DNA of 63,456 bases, the filler included, from Olpidium bornovanus S191 (Eukaryota; Fungi; Olpidiomycota): NCBI GenBank assembly GCA_017911155.1. It is 30 parts of 30 records of this genome, joined end to end, with 100 filler letters (N's around TTAATTAATTAA, not from the genome) between each part and the next. Parts side by side here need not be neighbours in the genome. Positions count along the whole stretch, not along the records: positions 1 to 3,934 come from JAEFCI010005999.1; positions 4,035 to 5,947 come from JAEFCI010007832.1; positions 6,048 to 8,426 come from JAEFCI010001193.1; positions 8,527 to 10,953 come from JAEFCI010000234.1; positions 11,054 to 13,159 come from JAEFCI010011563.1; 25 more parts are not named here. One strand, written 5' to 3'. Shown piece after piece: positions 1 through 11,554 of this stretch. A model generated the notes under the pieces. It searched no databases and was not told the origin of the DNA. It saw only the letters and a program-made list of their open reading frames with translations. Made by a program: the position numbers and the translations under genes. Within the stretch, counting starts at the first letter, position 1, and each line of letters begins with the position of its first letter.

Positions 1-7
1 GCGGCCG

Positions 8-63
<56 letters not shown>

Positions 64-245
64 GTGGGGGGGGAAGCGGAGAACCGCCTTGAGAAATTTC
101 CCGGACACGCCGCCCTCATCGGCCCCGCCGGGTCGCCCCGCGCAACGACGCACATCCCCCGCACTCCCTTCCCCCGCCCTTCCCCCCCGCCCTTCCCCCC
201 CCGGCGCCCCTGCCCCTCTCGCCGCGCCGCCCGAGCCTCGCAATC

Positions 246-2454
246 ATGTCCTCGGCCGCCTCCCTAGTCGCTCCCGCGGCCGGTGTCGGCGCCGCCGGCG
301 GCTCCAGGCGGGACCTCCTGCTCCCGCCCTTCGGGCCCGGCGGCCCGCTGGCCGGCGATCTCGACCTCGATGCCAGCAGGAAGAGCTTGCACGCCAGCAG
401 GCCGACCGTGAACTCGAGCCTGCTGGGGTCGTCGAGAAACAACGTGGCCGCCCAAGTCGCCGGGGCGTCGTCGGCCGACCGCTCGGCGGTCGCTTTCGGC
501 CCCGAGCTTGCGCCGGCGCCGGTGCCGGTGCCGCCGAAAGAGCCCTTTGCTCCCGCGGAGTCCACGCAGAGCGGGAGGGCGGCGGCGAGCGGGAGGGGAG
601 CTGCGGCGAGGTCCTCTTCGAAGTCGTCGTCGTCGGCGGGCGACTTCGGGGCGTTCACGTTCAGGCGCAAGTCGTCGCCCCGGAGCCGGCCGCCGCTGCC
701 GGTTCCTGTCATCCCGGCCAGGGCGGCGGCGCCGGCCGGCCCCGGCCCCGGGCCCGGCCCCGGCCGCGGCCGCGGCCGCGAGGCGTCCGTCGTGCGCGGG
801 GCAGAGGGCGCCGCTGCCGCTGCTGCCTTCGGTGGTTCGGCCGCCGCCGCCGGATCCTTGGCGGGCCCGGCGGAGCTGTTGCCGGGAGCGGCCGTCCCCG
901 GCGCCGGAGCGCCCGCCGCCGCCGGCAACACTCTGGTTGACGGCGCGGCGGGAAATGCGGCGGCGATTCTCTTCGCGCAGGCAGATCGGCCGCAAAAGCA
1001 GCCGCTCCAGACGGCCGCCGTCCGGCGGGCTCGGAACGAAATTGCTCCGCAAGAGGCCCGGGCGGCGGGAGCCTCGGAGGGGAACGGCCGGGCGGCCAGG
1101 GAAGCGTCCAAGGCGCCCGGCGGGATCCCGCACTCCGCCACCAAGCCTCACAAATTCCACCGTCACCAGGAGGACCCCGGCGAGGGGCGCACGTCTCCAT
1201 CGCCGTCCCTCGAGGACGGGCGACCGGTGCGGTCGCGGGTCGCGCCCGCGGTGCCGCCGGGCCCTGCGGTGCGGCGTGTCCGAGAGCCGCCGACGGAAGC
1301 TCGGCGGATCGCGCACAGACCCACCGGCCTGACCAGGTCAACGGGCGTGGCTGAGCGGAACGCAACCGTTCTGCAGTGCACCGGCGCATACGGCAGGGGA
1401 GATTCCAACGAGCCCTGCTGGGAGGTTGAGAGGCGCAGGGAGGCGATCCTCGCGGCCAGGCGGAAGGCGGACGAGAAGTACAACCGCCGGCCGCTGCCGG
1501 ATCCCACACTTGAAGACGCCTGCAGGCAGGCTCACAGCAAAACCGCGTACATCTTACTAGAAAAAGGTTGGGTGTCTCTCGAAATTTCAAATTTTCCGCC
1601 GGCGTTGTCAAACTGTCGTGTAAAGGGACCTGCCACGGGATCGCCGTCCCGCTCTTGCATTAATGTCGAGTTTACTCCGCGTTCTCTTTCGCCAGACAAG
1701 GACACAGGAAGCATCCTGTTGACCGACGAAAACGCCCCTAGGTCGTTTGCCGAGGTCCTGATGCGCGGTTCTTCAATTCAGGACATGCCTCGGTGCGCCG
1801 AAACCGAACTCCCCTTGACGGGTGACGTTCATGAAACGTCCTGCAGCAGGGGCTCACTCTTTGAAATCGATTTTCTTTTCACTCGCTGTTCACTCCTCTG
1901 CCGCTTCTCCATGCGGCCGACAGAAAACGCCCGCAGTTAATCAAGGAAGTGCCCGTGCCCGTGGATACTCCGGTTCCGCCGCCGCCGATCGACACACCGA
2001 TGAAGCTGGACGTGTCGACGTTGGATCCGGCCTTATCCGCCCCTCCAACGGGCAAACCGGTTCGCAACACCAGGTACTCGGCAAACACCGAGTGGGGCCG
2101 ATCGACCAACTGGCTGACGCAACCGATGCAAAACACCGCGCTCTACGAGAGCGAGCAGGTCGGCTGGGCTGCTGTGATAATTTTCTTCGTGCGATTTCGT
2201 GGCATCATTACCGCAATGTACAAGCTTGACGTGCCACAATACGTCGCCTATTCACCCCCCCCCCCCCCCCCCTCCCCCCCCCCCCCCCCATCCCTTCCCT
2301 CCCCGGCACGAGCGCGTTCCAGACTCGAATGCTCCATTTGCCGTGGAAGGACGACGAAGCGATCCTGCACCGACAGCGAAGCCGGAACCGTTTGGAAATT
2401 TTGCGGAGGACCAGAGAACAGAAAGGAGAGTTCAGCAGCATTCTCGGGCTATAA
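246..2454 (+). CDS. Uncharacterised multi-exon protein with a long Ala/Gly/Pro/Ser-rich N-terminus
   Basis: 564-aa ORF from ATG 246. Plausible continuation by splicing into LIKEVPVPVDTP...LYESEQ and a last exon TRMLHLPWKDD...GEFSSILGL* (TAA 2452-2454). No family recognised; splice model uncertain. Confidence 0.45.
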
Positions 2455-2530
2455 CCACGAGCATGGAATACGCGATGGATCACCTACAACGAAATCACGC
2501 CGTTGCCATAAAAGTAACAGAGAGAGGGGG

Positions 2531-2575
<45 letters not shown>

Positions 2576-2820
2576 GAAAAAAGACAAGTGAGGGCTGTGC
2601 CGCCCATCAGCTCAGTTCACCGGCAAAGCGTCTTTCACGACCACCCGGGACGCGCACACATGCTCACCGGCCCATCCCAACAGCCGGAAAGGCGTGCCGG
2701 TCATGTGATTGAAGCGCCCGCCGCAAACGCAGGACGACCAAAACTGACAAATGCAACTAGGAAACGCACGTTGCACCGTCTAGGGAAAAAAAACGCGCGA
2801 GTGTTTCGAAATTAAGCCTT

Positions 2821-3776
2821 CTATCCGTTGTTCCCTGATATGAAGTTAACGAGCCTGCGGGAGAACCATCGGTCGCGTGTCAATCGTGTGCTCGTTTTCC
2901 TTCTTCCCCCCCCCTCCCCCCCCCTTGCCCCGGCAAATGGATCGGAACGCCGAAAACGGCGAAAAATCTCTTGGACGAGATAACCGAAATAAAATTTACC
3001 AGTCCAATCCCTCAGTCAAACCCTCCCCCTTTACGGCCGAGCATTTGTATATTTGCCATTGCCTGTTCCGAAGAAGTGGCAACCCCAACCCTTCCGACAC
3101 CTCTGCGGCCGACATGGCCCTAGGTTGGTCCTGCTTGTTGGCAAACACCAGGATAGCCGCGTCTTTCAGCTCTTCTTCCTAATCGCGACGTGGTTACCGG
3201 AGAACAAAAAAAAAGTAAAGAGTACGGGGACGGCCGGTCACGACGCGCGCGTTTTCCAGGGGGGCTTCGAAAAGCCCCGACGGAGGGTTTCCCAATCCGC
3301 GCGGAAGAAAAAAAAAACAAAAACGCCAACCTCCAACATCGCAGCCAGCTCTTCTTTCGACGTCGCGATGCGTTCCCTATCCGCCGAGTCGACGACGTAG
3401 ATGACGGCGTTGGTGTTCGCATAATAACAGCGCCAATATGGCCGTATGCTTGTTTGGCCTGCGAGATCGGTTTGTGGGATATCCGTCATTCCCGTGACGC
3501 CGGCAAAGCGCGACCGTCCGGGGGTGTTTTCGACCCGGCAGGACCGGTGTTGCGGGAGGCGGGAAAAAAGGGATAGTTTTCTTCTTTTCACTGGGATTGC
3601 GCACCTCCCAAATCCCACACTTGAAACTTGATGTTCTTGTACGTGACGGTTTCGACGTTGAAGCCGATTGCTGGAAACCAAACGCAAACAGCGGTCGAGA
3701 TACCTCCTCAGCATTGCAGGGGACCCGCCCGACCGCCGGTTTACTCACTTGGTATGGTGGTAACGACTTCTCCGAG
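2821..3776 (-). CDS. ARL1: ADP-ribosylation factor-like GTPase 1, 5'-truncated by contig end
   Basis: Exons 3749-3776, 3605-3670, 3331-3458, 3000-3178 and 2821-2854, all GT-AG and phase-consistent. They give [62 protein letters not shown]...ILVFANKQD...[14 protein letters not shown]. Confidence 0.96.
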
Positions 3777-5916
3777 CTACTCACCCCCCTCCCCCCCCAC
3801 GCACACACAAAAAAAAAGTTAAAAAACGCCGGCCGGACCCCGGGGTAACGGCGGGACGCGGGAAAGACTCCGCCGACTTTTCCCGTCCGTCGAAAAAGTT
3901 ACACCCTCCGTCACCCGGTCCCTCCCTCCCCCCCNNNNNNNNNNNNNNNNNNNNNNNNNNNNNNNNNNNNNNNNNNNNTTAATTAATTAANNNNNNNNNN
4001 NNNNNNNNNNNNNNNNNNNNNNNNNNNNNNNNNNATCAATACAGTACGTTTCACTCTGGCTTCGGTAAACGTCGACCATCCATAGGTGTGCGATTCTCTT
4101 TGTGCGTCACTTTTCCCCTAACTTTCCTTTAATTTTTTCCGTCAGTGACATCATGAAGCCCGTTGACGCCGTCCCAGATATATCGAAAAGCACGTCGCAG
4201 AACGTTTCTTCCGTCGCTTTGCCTGTTTCTGTTTTCTTTCTTTCCTGTGAATACGACCCTCGCAGTGCGATATAACAAAAATACGGTCATCTCGACTGAA
4301 CAGGATTAAGATTAAAATGGCGGAGTGCAACCATCGGGCGTCGTCCGACGTGCTTTTTTTGAGGCCGGATGGAATTGTTTTTTGCATCTTGTTTCTGTTG
4401 ATCGGATGCCAAAGCTGGAAAGTTCTGTCACGTTGATATCTACCATATCTTTTTGTGGACCCTCTATCGAAGCAATGAATGAGGATTATCACGTTCGTTG
4501 ACGAACGCTCCTCTGCCATGCGCTGCTTTGAGTCAACTAGAGTTTCAACAAGACGAGCGGTGTGGCCCCGCTGTGATGACCGCCCGTCACGCCGTCACTT
4601 CTCCGCTTTCCAGCCTTCCAGCGCAGTTTCACCTAAGGCACGATCTACGTCGTCTGTCCACGCAAAACAGGGCACAATCCGGTTGCGGTGGATAAACGCC
4701 CCCAGCACCGCAATCACGCAAAAAGTTTTCCGTCTGGGAACGAGAGGCTGGGCAGGAACCCTCGGAACAAGTCGGAAAGGGGAGCTCGACCGGATTCGGT
4801 GGCGGATACTCTCTCCGTGACGGGTTTAACGCCCGCTCGCCGGGACCTCGCGGGCCGTCGCCCCGGCGTCTACGGTTTTCAGACCGTCGTTATTGTTCTC
4901 GGGGAGACCAAGCCCCGGGGCAACGGCGGGCTGCGGCGCTGGGTGCCAGGGTGGCAGACGACCGGCGTCCCCGCCTAAGTCGACCTGCCGGGGCGCCAGC
5001 GACCCTAACCCGAGTCCCAATATGCTCCCGGCCCTCGGAGCGTTCACCGCGCCAAATCCGCGATCGCGGCTGAGACGGGCCTCCACCCTTTCCCCTTCCT
5101 CAAACGCACCCTAAACCGCCGCAGTTTTAGTTTTGCCGGACCATTTTTCGAGAACGAGGGGAAAATTAAAATTTTTTTTTTCTCTCGGGCGAAAAGACCC
5201 CCTCCCCTCGTCGTGACAACCAAAAGTTCGGGTAGAGGATCCCCTCCGCCTCGGGAGGCCGGTTTTTCTTTGATATTATAATTATTACCGAGATGCCCGG
5301 CCTGCACCCCGCCTTTACCACACTCTTCCTGTCGTAAGCCCAATACCGGAAGACGCAAAGCGGCCGGGCGCCAAGATGAGGGGGCCGTCGCCCCCCGTCT
5401 TTTTTTTTTCCGTTTTGCCGTTTTCGCGGCAAATCGCGGCGGGAAGCGTCGGAAAAAAACGCGTCCGAGAAACGGGAACGGCGCCCGCGTTTCGCGTTCG
5501 CGCGTCGAAAATCCGGTCGGGCGTCCTCCCGGCACGGGGGGGCTGAGCCGCTTTCTTTCGATGTCGGACTTGGGTGGAAGGGGGAAAGAGGTGAGGGGAC
5601 CAATATGAACTTGTATGTATATATATATCCGACGGAACGGGAATCAGAGCCGGTCGCGGTCGTTCCCGCCTGTCCCAGAAATTCGGCCTGCGCGTCCGCG
5701 CGCGGCTCCACAGAGAGCCGGGGTTCGCAAACCAGGAACCTCGCGCGGGCCTTAGAAGGGGGGGGGGGAAACCCCGGGCCCCACATTCCGACGGACGGAC
5801 CTCACGGCAGGCCGCCGCGCACCTCCCGCGCATTATCTTGCAATGTTCATCCTTCACCGTGCTGCTAACGCTCGCGCGAGTCAGCGGTAACGCGGGTAGC
5901 GCGCCCCCTCCCCGGG

Positions 5917-5947
<31 letters not shown>

Positions 5948-6319
5948 NNNNNNNNNNNNNNNNNNNNNNNNNNNNNNNNNNNNNNNNNNNNTTAATTAAT
6001 TAANNNNNNNNNNNNNNNNNNNNNNNNNNNNNNNNNNNNNNNNNNNNCGAGTTTCGCTGAAGCAGCTCGGGTACAGGTACCGGTTGGAGCCAATTGCCTC
6101 GGGAACCGGTACCGGTTTAGGCAATACCCGTACCCGACCCCACAGATAGGAAGCCTAGTTACAGCATGAAGAATGTGGTGAGCAACCGATCATTGATAAT
6201 TTACATATTTTATCTCAAGAAGCCAAGGTTGGCACGTTTATGGAGAACCCGCCCGCAGCACGGAGCTACTGCACGTAAAACGCGCCCGCGCGGGGAGAGT
6301 TCGCGGTCCGTCACTCCCA

Positions 6320-8193
6320 ATGCTTTCGCTGCCTCTCTCTTCGCCGACCTCGTCCGCTGCGTCCAGCACATACCTGCCCCGGTGTCTGAACGAGCAGCTG
6401 TGCCGGCTAAGGGCCGGGCGAAGATGGAAGCGGTGGAAGAAGCACCTCGTCCTCGCCGAGCTGTCGGGCTCCCTGGGGGACTTGGGCACGCTTCTCCCTC
6501 TCCTTGTGTCGCTCTCTGTGGCGCGACAGGTAGACCTCTCGTCCTCGCTCGTCTTCGGGGGGATATGGAACATACTGACAGGTCTCAAGTTCGGCATCCC
6601 CATGTGCGTGCAACCTATGAAAGGTCGGGTTAGGTCGGAGTTGTTTGCAGGGGGGAGGGGATGGTGGAATTGCTCCGGATGCCCGGGTTGTCAGTGCGCT
6701 GACCGTTGTCCCGTTGTTTTCCCGGTCGCCCGCTCTCTCTCACTCGCCTCGGCGTTCTTCCGGTTTATATTGCTAGCGATCGCCTCCGTGGCGTTGGCTT
6801 CGAAGTTGTCGGCAGAGGAGGTGGTGGGCGCTGGGATGTTCGTGGGCACGGTGCTTATTCTCCTTGGCGCCACGCGTACGGTGGCGCTGGCGGCGAAGGT
6901 GACGCCGACGGCTGTGATCAAGGGCATCCAGCTTGGCACCGGCCTGCAGCTCATTACAGGCGCGGCGGCGAAGCTGCAGCTCGGCTGGGGCGGCACCGGC
7001 TGGCGCTGGGACGATAACTACGAGCTGGCCCTCGCCGCCTTTGTGTTCGCGTTCGCGTTCTACCGCGCACCCCGCATGCCCGTTGCCTTGATTTTGTTTG
7101 TCCTGGGCCTGGCTTTCGCTCTCGTCACCACCTACACCAGGGACGCGCCTGGCAAACAGGTGCCCGCCGTTGGGTTCCACGGCTGGCCGCTCGTCGTGCC
7201 AACCTGGAAACAGTTTCTGTCCGGGGCGTCGAAGGCCGGTCTACCACAGCTGCCCCTTACCTTACTCAACTCTGGTCAGCCTGTGCCCCTCTTTCCCTTG
7301 TGCGATTCCAGCGAGCAAAAGATCCGCCGTTTGCCGCTTCCACTCCTGACAAGCCGGTCGCTGCCTGCCCTCGTTTAGTAATCGCTGTATGTGCGCTCGC
7401 CGGTGATCTCTTTCCCGACCAGCCCACGAGCGTCACGGATGTGGCTCTTTCCGTTGGTATGATGAACATTGTTGGCCCTTGGTTTGGCGCAATCCCATAT
7501 TGCCACGGTTCTGGAGGTCAGAACGAGCACATTGGCCTCACGGCTATTCTTTTACTGCTTGTGTGAACGGATGGTTTACCGTGACCCTAATTAACCTATT
7601 ACCCGTTTTCTCCACCAGGCCTTTCGGGTCAGTACCGTTTTGGCGCCCGATCCGAGGTGTCCATAATTTGCATAGGGCTTGTCAAAATTACTGTCGGCCT
7701 CCTTTTTGGTAGGACTCTCCTCCTGCTTCTGGACTCTTTACCGCGCTCCATACTCGCCGTGATGCTCTTCGTCTCGGGTGTAGAGCTCGCCGCGGCGTTC
7801 CGCGGGGTCGAGAAAAGTCACGAGGCGGACCGCGAACGCCGTGCGGCGGCGGGTCGCTGGCTCCCAGGCGGATGGTGGATGCGGCCTCGGCGCGCCGCGT
7901 TGGGCGTGGGCGTTCGACCGGGGGCCGCCGCGCATGCGTCGGTCGGCCACGCGACCGATCCGACGCCGGCGGTCGCGTCATTCTCTTCCTCGCCTGCTGT
8001 GCCGGCGGTGGGCGACCGCCGGCCCGACACCGTCGAAAACAGCACTGCGGGAGAGTCGAATGATTCAGTGGTCGTCGGCATAGTGACGGCGGCCGGTGTT
8101 CTGGCATTCGGAAACGCGGGCGTCGGCTTCGCGCTCGGAGTCGCGGCGCACCTGCTGCTTATGGCCGGGTACAGGATCTCCCCACAACCGTAA
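6320..8193 (+). CDS. Molybdate transporter, MOT1/MFS_MOT1 family (plant nomenclature)
   Basis: Family motifs ELSGSLGDLGTLLPL, FGIPMCVQPMK, IKGIQLGTGL, LPQLPLTLLNSVIAV and PYCHGSGGLSGQYRFGAR. Introns at 6624-6776, 7275-7378 and 7517-7618 keep the frame. Confidence 0.92.
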
Positions 8194-8526
8194 ACGTGAA
8201 CCCGCCATCTCTTCTGTTTCCGTCCCTCTACCAAGTTTGTTGGTCCAGTGCGTGTTCCGCTGTACCGTGGCGAACGACAGGACAAGACACCAATTTGCCG
8301 GCTCCCATGCCCCACTTCCTTTTCTTCCCTTTTTTTGGCATTAATCAAATTTCACGTCGGCGCCCCAAAAGACCACTCTACAATTCGCGTTAGTAATATA
8401 GTGCTGTAGTATGCGGCACGCTCGCGNNNNNNNNNNNNNNNNNNNNNNNNNNNNNNNNNNNNNNNNNNNNTTAATTAATTAANNNNNNNNNNNNNNNNNN
8501 NNNNNNNNNNNNNNNNNNNNNNNNNN

Positions 8527-9258
8527 CATGGTTCGTGCCAAAAGGTCGCTCGCTCTTGTCCCTGCATAGTTTTGGTCTTCCGCGTGTTGCTCGTTAGCGA
8601 GTTCCTCTATTGTGGCGCGGTGGTCGGTGAGTTGCTGCTGCACCGCTTCAACTTATCGTTTGAGTGTGGCATTTTCGGCGTCCTTGCCTTGGTCCGCCTC
8701 TCCCTTCGCCTTTTCCTTCTCCCTTTGAAGGAGAACAAAGTCTACTATCCGCTGAGAGCGGACAGACAGCCTTGACAGCTTTGACGTTTGGGAGAGCGCG
8801 AAGATGGCCGAGTCCCGTGAAGTGCTGCGCTCCCGGGTTGACGTTCTTCTAGCCGCTTGAGGGCTCTGGTGTCGTCTTCCTCTCTGCTTTGCTGGAGTTT
8901 CGAGGTCCCTGAGTAGGGCTTCGGCCTCTTCGTTCTCGCTCATTACGTCTTTCTCCAGCGGTTCACTTCTATGGTCGCGTGTGGCGAGTACGGCGGTGTC
9001 GTACTTCCCGTTGAGTTCTCTTCTTTGGCAGAGAGTCTACGGGTTGGGCTCATAACCTGTTAAAGCCAAGCCGGAGGAGAAGGCGAAGATGCGCCGCGGG
9101 TCAGCGAGAACGGCGGGAAGGGAGGAGAACTGTATTCGGGACGCTAGTTAACTAGTTTCCTCTTGCACTATTTTATATGACGGGGAATAGAAACTCTACA
9201 AAGGGGCAACGGGTGCGTGCAGTGCGTCCTCGCCCCTGGCGCCCCTTTATTTCCAACA
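8527..9258 (-). mobile_element. 5' end of a Ty1/copia-type LTR retrotransposon: LTR 9058-9258, PBS 9046-9057, decayed gag-like ORF to the contig end
   Basis: Minus strand reads TGTTGG...(TATA-like ATATAAAAT)...TTTAACA followed directly by GGTTATGAGCCC, complementary to the tRNA-iMet anticodon stem-loop. The downstream charged coiled-coil ORF has an in-frame TAA at 8653-8655. Confidence 0.75.
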
Positions 9259-9407
9259 GGGGCCGCCATCTTGTGCCCCCGCTGAAAGGCGACGACCGGC
9301 ACGTGACAAATCACGTGAGTCGCACGGAAGAGGTAAACAAACACTATGTTTACCGCGCCCCACGTCCACCTGCGCCAAAAACCAAAAAAAGGGAAGGCCC
9401 CGACGCG

Positions 9408-10953
9408 ATGCCGCGTTTAGACGAGTTTGGCGATATGGCGACGGCCTACGCCTAAGCGACCCGGGTGAACGAGAGCGAGGCAGACAGCCTGGACGCCGCA
9501 ACAGTCTGGGTAAAGGGCGTCCAGGTGGAAAATCGGAGGGGGGAGCTTTCGAGCGGAAGAGGTTTGTCGTTGCGACGGCGGAGCAAGCGCCTATGCTCTT
9601 CGCCGATCCGTATAACGACATTAGCGAGGGGATACCGACGAAAAGCGTCACGCCCCTCATCCTCGACATCGAATGGTATTACGCCGGCGGTCGGGGTCGG
9701 GCCGCCGCCGACAGCGACGAGAGGTCTCGCGCGGCGGCCAGAGAAATTGCACGCGCCCTCGTCGATTTCTCTGCCGTCATGATCGACTACGCAAAGTACC
9801 CGGGCGGACGTCTTGATTTCAACGCTGTCTGCGTCGAAGATAGTTTGGGGACGGACGGTTTGAAAGCTTCGTTTAATTTTAAGGGTAAGGGCAGTTTGAT
9901 TTGTCTGGCGAACGCGCGTTCATCATGTTCATATATATCCCGCAGTCTTCAGCATAGCGTTCCGCACGTTGCGACTCCACCACCACTCCTTCGCTATGCT
10001 TTTCGCGGGTTATTTAATCACGCACCGGGCAAAGTATAACATTCCGGAAAAATTTTTCGTTCACCGGTCGTCGCTACGGTATCTCCTTCGGGACGGCGGT
10101 AAGTACCCGCCTTTCGTACTGCGCGCAGTACGGCATCACGTGACACGCCGTTAATAACCCCCCCCCCCCAGACCCGGACCCGCTCGCCACACTGCAAGCC
10201 GGACTCGCCCGCGAGCTGGAGGGCGGTGCCGCGCCGCACTTTTATACCGGCCTCGACATTGCCATGTACACGTCAAACAGGCTGATGCGTGTTTGCGGTG
10301 CTCCTAAGAGTGTATTTCCCGGACATCGCCCGCCCCGATTTTTGCGGCCCTGCCTGGTAACAGGATTTTAGCACGCCGCCGCACGAAGCGGACTTATCAA
10401 CGCCTCATATTTATCAGACGAATGTGTCAAAGCGGAAATTCCGCCCCTGCCCGCTGGGCAGGCGTGGTTTCAAGTTTCGATTTTATGCGGGAGATCGGGG
10501 CAGCTGCCACCCTGCACTTACTTGCCCGTCTACGACTCGCGTCGAATGGCATCTACTCTCGGGCTCATGGACGACGAAGTCATTGACCGCGGCACGTTGC
10601 CTTGGGTGCGCGGGGGACTCGAGGCATTCTATCCGCGCGGGCCGAAAACCGCGGGAAACGACCGAGGAGAACGCCGTTCCTGCCGGATTCTGACAGCCGC
10701 CGACGTTTTTCGCGATTTCAGTCAAAGTATGTTCTTGTTTACCAATCATACCAATCATACGTCCCGCCCGCCGCTGTCGGCCCCTCGAGCTTCGCTTACA
10801 CAGCCTGACGTATCGTGGACGCCGCAAAGGAGCATGACATAGCGGTCGATACGCTTATCGGCGTCTTCGTTGACTCCTTCCGTGACGTCGGGTGGAGGAA
10901 GTTTGCGGCCGTCACGACGGCTGAAGAGAAAATGATGGAACGACTGAAGCCGG
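9408..10953 (+). pseudogene. Divergent spliced archaeo-eukaryotic primase (PrimPol-like) gene or pseudogene, 3'-truncated
   Basis: KRFVVATAEQ...ISEGIP...PLILDIEWY resembles the PrimPol segment leading into motif A (DxE). KASFNF sits at the SxH position and EVIDRG is a possible motif C. Donors GTAAGG (about 9886) and GTAAGT (about 10098). In-frame TAA at 9453-9455 and a frameshift in a G-run near 9540. Confidence 0.4.
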
Positions 10954-11554
10954 NNNNNNNNNNNNNNNNNNNNNNNNNNNNNNNNNNNNNNNNNNNNTTA
11001 ATTAATTAANNNNNNNNNNNNNNNNNNNNNNNNNNNNNNNNNNNNNNNNNNNNCCCATTTAAAGTGAGCCGTAGCCCGTGCGGCGGCGCCGTTTTCGTAA
11101 CATATGCTGAAAAGCCTTCTCTGCTCCGCGTCTCGCCCAGCCTAGTCCTCTTCGGGCTCTACAACTTGCGACGGTTCCGACAAAATCTCCACCTCCACCA
11201 CCCCCCCCCCCCACCGGCCCCATTTCCTTTTTCCGGAACGGGGGCGAACGCGACACATTGCCCGTGGATGCTGGCCGAGCGCAGTGTCTTTTTACTCCCG
11301 CGCGAGGCGACTTTATTGACGCGGTTGCCCGGTTTGAGGATGCTCAAAATCAGCACACGGCAGCCGACCGGGTACGAAGTTTCGAACGAAAACAGCCGCG
11401 CCGCCCGTTCAACGGGCGAAATAAAAAAAAGAAAAAAAAAATGCGTGCGCGTCGTGATCACGGGTTGGGGTCCCGTACAACCAAAAGCGGCGAGGGGTCG
11501 CCTAAGAAGCTCTCGAGCGGGTTGCGTTCGACGCCAGCACCGCCGTCCTCCCCC

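Noticed and set aside
64-1611. Many long overlapping and antisense ORFs here and in other GC-rich blocks (for example 62093-63208 and 29781-30848)
   Set aside because: They are shadow ORFs caused by stop-codon scarcity in high-GC sequence overlapping real genes. Poly-K, poly-F, poly-P and poly-G ORFs are translated homopolymers.
1640-1700. CINVEFTPRSL resembling the DNAAF4/DYX1C1 'INFTPRVF' motif
   Set aside because: No CS domain or TPR region flanks it, so one short motif is insufficient.
3979-3990. Repeated TTAATTAATTAA palindrome as a biological repeat, and ORFs ending in ...LIN
   Set aside because: It is always centred in exactly 88 Ns, so it is an artificial six-frame stop linker.
4035-5947. 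Genes or ncRNAs in this contig; likewise 27635-29512, 34104-35484 and 56511-57516
   Set aside because: I tried several frames and splice combinations and compared with remembered snRNA and rRNA motifs. Nothing was recognisable, so these are left unannotated rather than called non-coding.
9046-9057. tRNA-iMet gene (GGGCTCATAACC)
   Set aside because: Only the anticodon arm matches, with no D arm, T arm or acceptor stem. It abuts an LTR end, so it is a primer-binding site.
8427-11053. Functional linkage or operon-like clustering of neighbouring genes in the window
   Set aside because: Contigs are joined arbitrarily; only features within a single contig are physically linked.
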